A stretch of DNA of 64,000 nt from Chrysomallon squamiferum. Taxonomy: Eukaryota > Animalia > Mollusca. Below the pieces are notes generated by a model. It saw nothing but the letters and a program-made list of their open reading frames with translations. It was not told the DNA's origin and made no database searches. Position numbers and translations under genes: made by a program. Position 1 is the stretch's first letter; every line of letters starts with the position of its first letter. Shown in pieces: positions 46,095-63,081 of this stretch. The DNA lies in assembly GCA_012295275.1 (NCBI GenBank), contig CM022677.1, positions 21,452,001 through 21,516,000 of the forward strand, given 5' to 3'.

Positions 46095-49000
46095 CTGAAA
46101 AAATGAAACAAAAGTGGAATGAAACAACTTTGTGTAAGCAATGAAACAACTTTCTGTAAGTAATGAAACAACTTTGTGTAAGTAATGAAACAACTTTCTG
46201 TAAGTAATGAAACAACTTTGTGTAAGTAATGAAACATCTTTGTGTAAATAATGAAACAACTTTGTGTATTAATGAAACAACTTTCTGAAAGTATTGAAAC
46301 ATGCAAGACTTCAAACATGAGGTCTGTTTTTAAACTTCTTCATCGCAGAAGATGATACCCAGGGATCAAGCTGGATCAATGTAAATGTGTAATCTGTGTT
46401 TAAATCAATAAATATTGATTAACCAAGCTCTCTATTATCTATATAATATTGAACTGATATAAATATGACACAGCAGATCAAAGATTCCATTGTAATTCAA
46501 CAAATTTTTGACTATAAAGTTGAGGAGAATCATTTAATGGTAAGAATGTGAAGTTTGGTAGAAGCAGAAGACATCCAGGCCTAGTACTGGACTGATAAAA
46601 ATATAATAAAAAGATTTCATTTTAACTCACAACATTTTGATACAGAAGTTACATACAGCCTTTTAATAGTAAAATGTTTAAGTCTGGTACCTAATAATTT
46701 TATTTGATAGACAAAAAATGTGACAGATTTACATGAAAGATTCCATAATAACTCAGTTATTTTACTAATGAGCTGCATACATATATATTTCAGAGGCAAG
46801 AACTTGAAGCAGAATACATCCAGATGGTTTATTGGACTGATGAAGATGGGCAGATTACATGAAAGATTCTTATAAGACTAAATGTATTTTTATTATGAAC
46901 TTGTATATATATACACCTTTAAATGGCAAGAATTTGAAGTATGGCAGAAGCAGATGATATCCATTCACTGGTCTGATTGATGAAAATGTGATACATTCTA
47001 TCAAAGACTATAAACTTGTATACAACTGTTTATCAGCAAGAATTTCAAGTATGGTAAAACCTAGGTAATGTGCTGGACTAATGAAAATTTATCCAGTACA
47101 TCAAATATTGCTTTGTAACTCGATATATTTTGACTATGAAGTTATATACAGCCCTTTAAGTTTAACAGCAACACTTTGAAGTATGGTAATACCCAGGCAA
47201 TATAATAGATAGAGTAAAAATGTGACAGATTTATATCAAAGATCCTGTAGTAACTAAATATATTTTTACTATTACTTTGTTTGTACATATAACCTTTAAT
47301 GGCAATAATGCAAACTATGGTGGAAATATGACTGATCAACTGATGAATTTAAATTAAAATAAATCAGATATTCTGTTGTAACTAAATGAATAGTAACTAT
47401 CAAGCTGCTACTCTGCCAATTTACAGAAATCTGTTCACTGTAGTTAGGCTTATACTGGCAGTTTGAACTCATCAACATGTAAAGGGAGATTACTCTGTAT
47501 GGGACTCAGTCTGGATAGACTCCTGTTTGTGAAGATGATACCCACATGAAGATACACCAGCAAGAATCTGTTGTAATGTACTGAAAATATCAGCTCTTGT
47601 ACAAATCCTTTACTGGCTGAAAACTAGAAGTAGATGATACCCAGTCATCACTGAGCAGAGATGAAAGCACTGTAAACCAGAGACTGAGAATTTCTTGTAG
47701 AAGCAGATGAGAAAAGAAACAAGAACAGAGAAATAAAGTAAAAAACAGTAATTTTGCTGGTTGTGTGGACAAAGAACAGTTTCCATTCTGAACTCGATAA
47801 AAGCAGCTGAGTTTGTTTTATCTGCATTTTATTTTATTTTTCTCTTACGAAATTCCAGCAAAAATCCCATTACACATTCACATCTATCTATTTATACATA
47901 CATATAAAATGAAGAATGAGAAAGAGGAATCAGACACATTGATTGGTACTTACATGGGAGAATGTCTGATTATTTCATCTTGGTCATCTACGTGTAAAGG
48001 GAGGTTACTCTGTTTGGGACTATGTCTAGGTGGAGTCCTAGATGCAAATTAAGAAAGAAAATTATTTTCAGTTGTTATTAAAGAATAAAAAAAAATCCCT
48101 GAAAACAAATGAATCAGTTAGGTTTGAGATATTCTCTGGATATTTAATTTTAATTTTAATTTTATTCTGATAAAGTCCAAACAAAAAATTATCAAAACCT
48201 CTGAATTTTTCTTTTCTTTTCTGGTAATCCAAATAAATAGATTATAAAATTATAAAACCTTCATCTGTTAAATATATTTACTTTTCCTTATAGCTCTACA
48301 CATTTCACTCATATAAGATTTTGCCACATATGACAAAGTGACTATCAATACTAAGCAATGTTTTTAAAAACCAAATAAAAAGAAATATTTATTTATGAAT
48401 AAAAAAACCCACAATGATTAATACAATAATGAGTTGAACTAATATTCCCTGAATCAGTTAAAAATCATCATTTACGCAGAATTACCTAGAAATGTGTTTG
48501 TACGATACACTGGTGCCAACATCAACGTGTTCAAACGATGGCGACGATGTCAGACTGTGGTGACTCAGTCTGATAGGTGACGTCCCGACAGTGTTTCGTG
48601 TGGTTGCTATGGGTGACGTACTCGCGGAAATTCGACTACGAGCATTTGCATTTTCTGAAGAATAAAAAAAGAGATTAGAAGAAAAGTCAATATTTTGTTT
48701 ATTACTGTTACAGAAATAGAAGTCACAGTGAAAATATTAAAATGTAAAATATGATTTGATATTACTTTGTAGAGGATAAGAAATGCAGTCATTAAAAAAA
48801 TGAATAAAATAAATCACTAGTTTCTTTTAGTGGCTCAGCCACACAGACAGCCACACACATACCTAAAACCACACAGGCATTCAACATTCCATATGAACAC
48901 ACTAATTTTGTACACTCCACAAAAATAAAAATAATATCAGCCCATCAGATTTTTTTATCTTAAAACAAAACTAAATTTAATTAAAAAATGTAATTATAAA

Positions 49001-50938
49001 ACACACAAACAGACACACATGCAAACTGACATACAATCTAAAAGATTAACAAACATCTGACATCATTAATTTTTCATTAATTTTTCAAACAAAAAAAAAA
49101 AAAAAATTAAAAAAAAATTAAAAACAATCTAAAAATAAAATTATATAAAATCAATCCCAAACACACAGGCTCACACACAGACAAACACACAGACTCACAC
49201 ACAGACATTACAATTGGGGAATCTCACCTGGTGCATTCTGGGAATTCTCTGACAAACCTGAATAATCCAACCTCTTTGCCAGCCTGCGATCACAGTCCGA
49301 ACCGACATCCTCGTCAACCACATACGTCGCTTTATTTAAATCCACAACATCATCCTCAACAACATCATCATCAACATCAACATCCACATCATCATCAACA
49401 TCAACGAGAACCTCTGTGGCCGACCTTGCAGGTTTCGGAGCAGCGTAAAGCACAGCGAGTCGTCTTTCCAGACCTTTCGTCCTCGCCAGGTGGCGCTGTT
49501 TCAGAGCTTCCTGCTTCTGGCAGAGCTGCTGCTCCTGCTCTGCGAGGATCTGCCTCAGACGTCGCTGCTCCTCCAACAGCATCGCCTTCTGCAGCAGCAG
49601 CTTCTGTCTGCGCTCCTCAGGCGTCAGCTTCTTGTAGTACCGAATGAACTCCTGCTCGGAGTTGCGGTTCTTGTTGTCGGACGGCGAGTGTTTCATCTCG
49701 AACCTCCCATCCGTCTGTTCGGTGAAACCCACGTGGTTTTTCACGTTCCGGATCTCGCTCTCGTTCGCTTCTCTCGTCGCGTGGTGATCCTTCCCGGCGC
49801 GGCGATCTTGGGGCTGAGGAGGTCGGAGGTCGCGGTGTGGATGGAGGTCAAGGACACTTCCTCAATGACGGAGCTCTTCTGGGTGCTGGACATGATGGGG
49901 TCGCGGAAAGGTCGCGACTTGGGTGGGTGTTTCGGGTAGCGGGGGGTGTCGGGTTTGTAGGCGACGAGAGGCTGAACGGTGATGAAGTCTGACGTCTGCG
50001 TCGAAGTCCGGGTGTGTGTTGACGATGTCGTGCGATCTCTCGGTCAATCTGCGCAGTGTACGGCCGACTGTCACTCATCTGAGGAAACTGGACTTCGTTC
50101 ATTTGTTGTGGAAAATGGCCACCATTTGTTTGTTGTGTAAAGAGTGCTTCGTTTGTTTGTGGAAATGCTGAGCCACTTGTTGGTGAATGTTGTGCTTCGT
50201 TCATTCGTGGAAACTGTCCTCCCCCATTTGTTTGTGGAAACTGTCCTCCCCCATTTGTTTGTGGAAACTGTCCTCCCCCATTTGTTTGTGGAAACTGTCC
50301 TCCCCCATTTGTTTGTGGAAAATGGGCTTCATTCATTTGTGGAAACTGCTCATTGTGAAATTTATCTTCGTCTTGTTTTTTTCCTTCTTGTCTGTTTCTT
50401 TCTGATCCAGGAAGAAAAACCTTAAATGTAAACAAATAAAAAATAAATAAATAAAAATAAATAAAAATATAAATAAAAGAAGTCTTAATTTTGTATCTAG
50501 TGAAAGGTTTATTATATTATAAATAATAATAATAATAATAATAACCTTACTGATTTTAATTTTATGGTAATGTTAATAAAGAATAATCAAAATAGATAAA
50601 ATAAATATAAAATAATAAAAACAACCTTATTAATTTCAAAGATTAACAGTTTTCATTATGTTATGAACAGTATATTAAAAAATAAATAAATAAATTATCA
50701 ATAAAATAATAAAAGAACCTTATTAACTTCTTATATGGTAAAAGTTCTGATTATGTTATGAATAATAATAAATTTATGAAAATAAACAAAAATAAATAAA
50801 AAGGAATTTTATTAATTTGTAAACATTTATGTTATAAAGAATAATAGTAATAGAAAAATAAATAAAAATAATAAATAAATAAAATTCACATTAGCCTAGA
50901 TAGTAAAAGATTTATGTTATAAATAATAAAAATAATAA

Positions 50939-50969
<31 letters not shown>

Positions 50970-52141
50970 AATAAATAAATAAATAAATAAATAAATAAAA
51001 CTATTACTGTATTAGTTTTGGAGAAAGTATTTATGTTATAAACTAATAAAGAAAACAAAAATATAATATATATATATAAAAACAAGAAATAAAAGTCATA
51101 GTAGTTTTAGAGATACTAAAGTTTTAGAGATACTAATACTTACCAATAATAATTTTTTACAAGTAATTACAAACTAATAAGCTTACTTGTTGTTCTTCTG
51201 AAACTGGGGAATGACTCCGAATAGCTTCAAAGTTTCTTTTTTCTGTTTGATTTGTGTTCTGAAACAACAATTTAATTAATATCTTTAATTCAACACATCT
51301 CTTCTGAGTAAATCTGATTCTGTGAAAATATCTGAATAAATTTCATTCTCTCTTCTGTATTTCAACACATTAGAAAACATCTTCAGTTTGAATATACTTT
51401 AATAAATTTAATTCTTAGACGTGAGATTAAATGTAACTTTTGTATAATGAAAACTCTGAGTATATTTGATTCCGTGAACATCTGGGAATATGTATACTTT
51501 CCATATATTTTAAATCATGTGTATGTGTATATATAAATATGTCTGTATGTATATGTGTGTGTGTATATACACATATATATATATATATGATTATTTGAAT
51601 GTATTATAACACATCTGATTCTTAAAAATATCTCAACACTAATTTAACTTTCTGAATATGTCTGATGGAGGTAGAGGGTGACACTAAAGGTTAATACAAG
51701 GGAGAGACTGGGGTGACAGTTAGGGTGACTGCGAGGTAGGTAGGAAGCTGTACTGTGACAGGAAGGTAGGTTACTAGGATGAAGATAATGGGACTGTAAG
51801 TGGAGTCTGAGGGGTGAAGATGAATGGAGGGGGGGATGAGACAGGGGTGGGTAGCAGACTCACTGACTCACTCACCCAGTGGAAGTGAGTGACAGGTTTA
51901 CAGATGGAAGGTTTCTGCTTCTCCTGCTCACTCAGTAGCTCCTGCTGGTATCTGTTCAGCAGCTTCTGACTGTCGAAAAACCTCTTCTGTATCTCTGTAA
52001 TATCACATACACACTATATATATATATATATCTGTATCTCGCTATACATAATACACATATACATAGGCATGCAAAGACACACAGACACATATATACCTAC
52101 ATCATAAACAAAAAAAATACAGCACACACATTTCTATGACA

Positions 52142-52172
<31 letters not shown>

Positions 52173-53050
52173 TTATCACATCTATTACTATGTTACTACC
52201 TCTACAACTACCACACTGCAACCATTCTATTATACTACTACCACTACATTAGTATTACCACTAACACTATAACTATTAATTCTACTATTCTACTACTTCT
52301 ACTACTTTTACTAATACAACTACTACTACTATCACTTTTGTACCACAACCACCACTATTCTACTACTACTACAATTACTGCTATTAATACTATTGCTGTT
52401 ACTACAACAACATTTTTTAATTTATTTAAATGTAGTAGTATCTCTTTTAAGAAGTGTATAAATGAAAGCAGACATTTTCATTTTTAAATTGTATAACTAC
52501 AAAACAAACAATTTAAATAAATGTTTAGAATATTATAGATGTATTTAACAATACTGTAGAATAAATGTTTAGAATATTACTAGATGTATTTAACAATTCT
52601 GTAGAATAAATGTTTAGAATATTACTAGATGTATTTCACAATTCTGTAGAATAAATGTTTAGAATATTAGATGTATTTCACAATTCTGTAGAATAAATGT
52701 TTAGAATATTACAGATGTATTTCACAACACTGTAGAATAAATGTTTAGAATATTACTAGATGTATTTCACAACACTGTAGAATAAAGAATATCTGATGTA
52801 TTTAACAATACTGTAGAATAAATGTTTAGAATATTACTAGATGTATTTAACAACACTGTGGTTTTAAGTTTTCTCTTTCTCCTCAGTATCTGTCCTGTTG
52901 TTAGCTGCAAACATCACAGCTGGTTTATGCTTGTCATTACCAAACATCACAGCTTTCATTAGAATATGTGTGTTTTTGTAATTTGTAAGAGAAGTGTACT
53001 TTGATTTCAGTTGTTTGTGTGTGTGTGTGTGCAAGCAAGTTACAGTATGT

Positions 53051-53135
<85 letters not shown>

Positions 53136-53686
53136 CTGGGACAGGAAAGAGCTCAGGTATTTGATTTCTTAATTTCAAAAGATATAGGCATACAGACAAA
53201 CAGAGATACAGAAGCATTATAAAAAGCATGAAGAGATAGAACAACTGAGAAAAAGCATGTTTTTAAAACCCAAACAAACAATCAACAATAATAAACATAT
53301 AAGGCAGTAAATAAGAGAAGAGACAGACAAAAATAAGTTGAGTAAAAACAGAATTTATTTTAAATGACAGATACAAAGACATACATAAACATAAACAGAA
53401 TGAGGAGAAAGAATGAATGGAGTAAAGAATAAATCAAAGTAAAAACCAGACAGAAAGAAATACATAAATGACAGTAAAAATAAATTTAGTTATAGTAACA
53501 GACAGACAGACAAACAAACAGAGAAACTAAACAAGGAGACAGAGTGAAAGAAATAAAGACTAAAAGAAAGACAGAATCAAATACATATATATATATAAGT
53601 AAATGACAGAGGAAACAGAAGAATTTAGATAAAATTACAGACAGACAGACAGACATACAGACACAGAGACAGACAGACAGACAGAC

Positions 53687-53755
<69 letters not shown>

Positions 53756-56034
53756 TACTTGGCCAGTTCTTTGATCAGGTTTGCCACTCTCTGTTTGTCT
53801 TCGGGTCGCAGGTCTTTGAAAGAAAATTTCTTTGTCTCGATTCTCTGCCCTTCCTTTCTGCTCTGAGGCTAAAAACGAAGAAAGACACAGAAAAACAAAA
53901 ACAAGTTTAGATACAGCTTAGCTCAGAGAAAGTCGTATTTGTGATTATCTTTAATTCACTGGTGAATATTTCAACTTGTGAGCAAAAGTTAGTATCAGGT
54001 TCTTGTGTTTTAACCCTTGATGAGTGGTACTGTATATTCATCTGGCAAGTAAAAGATAATTGTTAGATCTAGGTGACATAAGAAAAGTGAAATAGCTGCA
54101 TTTGTGATCATCTTTAATTTACTGGAGTCTTGTTAGTTTAAAAACAGTAATATTCAACTAGCAAGTAAAACATAACACTAGGTCCAATTGTTTTTTTTAT
54201 TCGGTGGATGTAAAACAGTAATATTCAACTAGTAGTAAAAATAATATTAGACAATAATCTATTTTATTCACTTGTTATTGGTAGTAAAATGGTAATATTT
54301 AACTAGTGAATTAAAAATTAATATTATACTGTTGTATTTAATTCTCTGATGACCGACAGTTAAACTGCAGTATTCAACTGGCAAGTAAAATATAATATTA
54401 TGTAAAATATAATATTATATGGTCTAGGAGCCAAAAGCAGATGAAACAGTCGCTATTTTGCAGGATTCCTTGATATATGTCAACAGTGTGTGCCACAAAA
54501 TCATGATAAATAACTAAATGACATCTATAGAAGAACTAATATAAATGACACAGATACGTTCCAAACACACAAAGTATTTTCACCACTTACATAAACGTAG
54601 CATACGTTTTTACCTACAAACAAAATGAAATGTGTAGAAAGTCACTTACTGTAGAAAAATGAAACAATGCTCGGCCCCCTCCCCATTAAAAAAATAAAAT
54701 AAATAGAGGAAGAAAAAATAAATAAATAAATAAATAAAAAATTGGAAATACTGCCATGGTATTCAAATACTGTTCACATTTGTCCAAAACAAGGTAATTG
54801 TGAAACTGAAAGAATGATAACTGAAATGTTGTCTCTTGTTTGTTACAGTAGAAAGTGAGACACAACATACACAGGGGAAACAAATGGTGAAAAGCCTCTG
54901 TATTTCCTGATGCTTGGTTTTCTAAATAACAGCCAACTGGTGAGTATAAAGAAATATTAAATCTAGAAGATGTAAGAAAGTGGACATACTTTCAGTTTAT
55001 TCAATGGTGACTTGTTTTTTAATAGCAATAGGAAACTGGTGGGTGAAATGAAAAAAAAGAAAGAAAGAAAAAGGTCTCAAAGAAGATTAAAAGTTAAACA
55101 TGCTAGCAAAAGTCATATTTTTGTGAGTTTTTTTTTTTTTTTCAAAGAAGGATCCCAAAACAAAACACTGAAAAAAGCTGAAAATCCCATTAAAGTGATT
55201 AATGTCATATTCATATTGTGGTATTTTTTCAAATAAAGATTCTAAAAGCTGAACTTGCCTTATATGTCGTGTTATGGTATTTAAAATTTTAATCAGATTT
55301 AGAAATGCTGATAAAAAAGTGATGATTTAAAATGTACAAAAATAGTTCAGATTCAAGAATATAACTTAACAGTTTAATCAAATTTAGAAATTTTTAAAAA
55401 CATGAAAGAAATTTAAAAATTTGAATTACCTACTAAAACATATCTTTTTTGTTAATTTAAATTTTAATGAAATTCCGAAACGTATGTTAAAAAAACAACA
55501 ATTTAAAATGCATCAAAATAGTTCGCATTCAAAAATAAATAAATTTAATATTCAAAAATTTATCAGTGTTGTTTAAAATACGAGAAAAACATTACAAATT
55601 TGAATTAACAATTTAAACTTTAAAATTATTTTTTTTAAAAAACAAACTTACTGGGGCACTGTCATCCACAGAGTGAGGTACAGGCAAGTCTTCCATGGGT
55701 CGCGTCAGTGGAATCTTCGCCTTCACTTCAGGTGTTTTTCTACCTCGAAGTTTACAGGTGTACGTAGGTCGCAGGTTACCTGGGCGATCCATAGACACAC
55801 CTGAGAAACAGGTGAAAATAACACTGAAATGTTTTCTTGTGTATTTTCTCACTTAATTATTGAATATTCTTATCGTTTTATTCTCAGTTTGTGTTTTTTT
55901 TTCATCAGTTGAGGAATTAGTTCATCTTTATAATCAGTATATCTCCTTCTCTATCTTTCTGTATAAGTATCTTTTACTCTCTGCATCTCCATCTATTTCT
56001 TGTGTGTGTCTCTGTGTGTGTGTGTGTGTGTGTC

Positions 56035-56076
<42 letters not shown>

Positions 56077-57940
56077 AATATTTCTCTATCCCTGGGTCTA
56101 TCTACATCTCTTCTCTCTCTATACATATAAATATCTTTCACTGTGTTTATCTACTTTCTCTCTTATATATATATATATACAGTGGTACCTATTTTTTGCT
56201 GCTATCTACCACATATTAACACTTTTTCAAGTCTCAGTTGTTTATCTTAGACACCTGTGCACACAGACAACATAATTTTTATTATTATCCCACTGCTAAA
56301 GCAGACAGTCGTATCAATATGGATTTGTTTTCCCCAAAAAATAAATAATTTTATTATATGGCAGCTTTATACGACACTTTTGAAAATGTTGTTGCTGATT
56401 TCTTGAACTACACTGTGCTGGTTTGCTGGTTTTGTTAAATGACAAAAACCTGAGAACTGCAAACACCTGCCTGTTAGATCACAAGAGTTCAACTGATCTG
56501 GTTGTAATTTTGATAATTCAAACATTCAACATCATACCAAGCATTTATCTTTTATGTTTTTGTTTTACAAGCACTGCATCTTAGCAGTATTTTGATTTCA
56601 AGTGTTGTATTTTTTTAAAACGTAAATACACGTTATGCTTATTATGAATTTTTTGACCTGCTAAATCAGGTTCTTTTTAACATCCAAGAGTGAACTTGAT
56701 GCATTTGTTGCTCTATTTTAAGAGAAAACCGTGATGCTAGTATGGCAATGATGATTTATATTTGTTATGGCTACTGATGTTAATCATTTGAATAAAAATT
56801 GTTAATATGTTCACAAAAATTGTGTGTAATTTTTGTTTCTCTTATGAGGGGACACTTTTGCTCCACCCAAAATGTGTCTGTGCAAAACATGTACCACTGT
56901 ATATATAATTTCTCTTTCTCTCTGTCTATCTTTCTTTCTTTCTTTCTCTCACCTGGAACATAAGCATCTGAGTGTCCAGTGCTGTTGTCCAGATCTGAAA
57001 AAAAAAGTTTTGTTAAATTAAAAATTAAGTGGTTATAAATATTTCTAAAAAAAAAAAAAAAAAGTAGTTATAATTTTAAAAACTAATTTAAAATAAAATT
57101 TTACTATTTATTCTTATCTAATAAATCAGGGGAAAAAAAAAAATATATATATGTCAGAAAAATATTATTAGTAATAACATTATTTTTTAATATTCACTTT
57201 TTACTGATAAATGATTAAATCAAAAGTCTGAAGACTTATTATAAGTAGAGTACATGCATTTATAATGATAATAATAATAAGAAGAAGAAGAAGAAGAAGA
57301 AGAAGAAATATTTATCATCACTATTTAATGCAATATGTAAGCATGTAGTAATCAAAACAATTTCGCATGATTATTATAATTAGAATATTTTTGTCTATAT
57401 ATTAATATCATAATGAAAATCTACAACAGTTTGTTATAATTACAAGTCATTTACTAAATCAAAATATTTATTTAATTTTATTACTTCTGATCATATCAAT
57501 AACGATAGATATATCTGATAAACAACGACTGCAGATATTTTATAATCATTCTGAATGTTTTATTAATTAATGTTTGTGTGTTTGAAAACGATCGTGGGTG
57601 TAGAAAAATTGACTTTAATGAGAAATAACAAATATATAAACATAATATGTCAAGTTTAGGCAAGATCGTTCATTGTCGTAGACTGACACTCTGTTAGTAG
57701 TTTAATAAAACACGAGAAAATCAATAAGCGTAACAATATTCCATGTTCAGTATTTACACAAAACTTCCCAAACAACCGAATTGAAGACGTTTTAGTAGCC
57801 TAAAACGTTCCCTGCAGATAATTATAATTAGTTAATTTGAATGACAATTAACATAAAACCAAAAAATATCTTTTGTTATAACACCAAACCTGTTTTGTCC
57901 AAAAAACGGGACATTTGTATGAAGATTCAACTTCCTCCAT
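45737..57940 (-). CDS. KIAA1328: Hinderin/KIAA1328-like coiled-coil protein (about 10-11 exons; the assembly shows frame problems)
   Basis: Exons on the minus strand: 57940-57890, 56994-56953 (DLDNSTGHSDAYVPG), 55800-55652, 53868-53759 ([22 protein letters not shown]), a missing or garbled exon near 52900, 51994-51876 (EIQKRFFDSQKLLNRYQQELLSEQEKQ), 51258-51187, 50420-49228, 48654-48486, 48037-47954, and 46094-45737 (ending EESRILEEIFFLK-stop). These resemble recalled vertebrate hinderin motifs FW..D...YVPG, [20 protein letters not shown] and C-terminal ILEDIFFI. The similarity is from memory, not a search. Confidence 0.85.
46100..46302. repeat. 22 bp x9 minisatellite abutting the last-exon acceptor of the hinderin-like gene
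   Basis: AATGAAACAACTTT(G/C)TGTAAGT at 46118, 46140, 46162, 46184 and onward. Confidence 0.95.
49228..50420 (-). CDS. KIAA1328: Large internal exon of the hinderin-like gene, with at least one frameshift as written
   Basis: GC-rich coding-like block. ORFs 49848-50435 and 49208-49744 are in different frames. It contains the coiled coil EERRQKLLLQKAMLLEEQRRLRQILAEQEQQL and ends at a GTGAGA donor at 49227. Confidence 0.8.
52515..52860. repeat. Minisatellite of about 45 bp x8
   Basis: CTGTAGAATAAATGTTTAGAATATTACTAGATGTATTTAACAATA and variants. Confidence 0.93.
53759..53868 (-). CDS. KIAA1328: KIAA1328-domain exon
   Basis: [48 protein letters not shown]. Confidence 0.88.
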
Positions 57941-57944
57941 TACA

Positions 57945-57997
57945 TCGGAAACGCGCTCTTTTCAAAAAAGAAAATGCGCATGTCCGTAAAGCTCCGG

Positions 57998-58038
<41 letters not shown>

Positions 58039-58040
58039 GA

Positions 58041-58086
<46 letters not shown>

Positions 58087-58475
58087 TATGATACATTTTT
58101 TTATTATTATTATTTATGAATACATTTTTTAAAATTATTATTATTTAATTTTGTTCCATATCGTTATGTATATATTAGTAGAATTATAATTACTGAAACG
58201 CATATATTTACGTAAGTGTGGATGTATGTACACTCATATTATTTTTGTTATTATTGCCATTTACTACTACTACTACTACTACTACTGCACTGTTATTACT
58301 AACCTTTCTTTCTTTATTTCATTTTAGCACAAAACAAATTGTATATGTTACTATGTACAATATCTAATCCGAAATGCTTGGGATTTCTGAATTTTTCTGA
58401 TTTTGGAATGGAAGGTGTTAGCATGAGAATGTGATATAAGTATTCAGAATTATATACAAACAATAGCCAGGTTCT

Positions 58476-58526
<51 letters not shown>

Positions 58527-59030
58527 ATTCATATACATATATAATAATTGTGTGGATAAAATAATGTTTGTGTATACTTGCAAACCATCTGAAAACTATT
58601 TCGACAAATGAAATTTTTTCGACATTTCGAAGCTTTTCGGATACGTATCCCCAGCATATAGAAGTTTATGACGTAATCAGATGGATCATTAATAAGTATT
58701 ATTAGTCGCTGATGATGTCATTTGTCTATGACGTCAGCAGAGAATGACTAGATTTCCATTCTCTTCTCAGAATGAAAACTATTGCGAAAGAGATGCCGCT
58801 TACACCTATGCGACATTTTTATTTACTACTGAAGAGGGCGCTTTATCTTCACTGTAATTTCATTTTATCAAAGAAGGGACATAACTACGGAAAACAGCGC
58901 CTACATCAAGCACTGACACTTCGCTCCTGTCCAAATATCAGACGTTACCATAACAACAGCTACAAATTACCAGTCTGCTTTATCAGGAAGTGGGTCACGT
59001 GCCATTCTTGCCACGATTAGGCCACTGGTT
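57945..59030. promoter_or_regulatory. Divergent intergenic promoter region (hinderin-like / lectin)
   Basis: CpG-richer patches. NRF1-like TGCGCATGTCCG at 57975, CRE TGACGTCA at 58729, and X-box-like GTTACCATAACAAC at about 58944. Confidence 0.4.
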
Positions 59031-59717
59031 CAAGAATGCATTCGTCAACTTATATTGTTCTTTTTTTATAATTCATTTTCTATTTTTAGTGATCATTACA
59101 TCTGAAAATGAAGTCTTGGAGAAAGTTCGTGCACATATCAAAGTCTTTAGAAGATTTTAAGTTCATCTTTCATTTTAATGTTCATTCGCGTTTTAGCAAG
59201 AATTTATCTAAGTCGTCTTCTTTTCCCCGCAAATCTGTGGAATACGATCATGAAATTTCAAAATATTTAAGACATTCTTTTTTCATTTCTCGGTTTAATG
59301 TTCATTCGTATTTTTAAAAAGATATAAAGTAACTTCTCTCTTTTTTATTTTTTATTATTTTTTTTGGGGGGTTTCTATGCACATTTGTGAATTTGCCGTA
59401 TGGTTTGAGTTTTCAAGCAGATATCAGATTCTTTACGTCATCTACATTTCATCTTTCGTTTTAATGCGCTGTTGAATGTTTAAATGAAATAATAATACGA
59501 GCACAAAATTCTTTCCTTTACACATCTGTAAAAAGGAAGGGCAGAAACATTAAAAAAAATAAAAAATTATGACATTTATATTCACTTTCGTTTTTTCGTT
59601 TTTTTCCATTTTAATGCGCTTATGCATTATGTACAAAATAATAAAAACGCGGCCGTTTCACGTCCGTTGATTCAGCAGTGTTGTGTGTTTTCATCTTTCG
59701 TCGAGGTAGACAGCACA

Positions 59718-62854
<3,137 letters not shown>

Positions 62855-63050
62855 ACGGAGCATCAGCGCGTCGACGGTCCTGCGGACGGGAAAGACGAAA
62901 CCTGCGTGACGACGTCGTTGAAATAATCTCTGACGTTTTGTTTCTTTTTTTTTGTTTTTTTGTTTTCTTTTGTTGTTGTAATTTTTTCTTTATCTTTATT
63001 TATTTATTTATTTATTTATTGTTATTATTGTTATTGTTATTGTTATTGTT

Positions 63051-63081
<31 letters not shown>

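Noticed and set aside
49231-49939. Plus-strand ORFs of 138 and 149 aa
   Set aside because: They are antisense shadows of the GC-rich hinderin exon.
49228-50100. GC-rich block as horizontal transfer or contamination
   Set aside because: It has splice sites whose phases match the flanking host exons.
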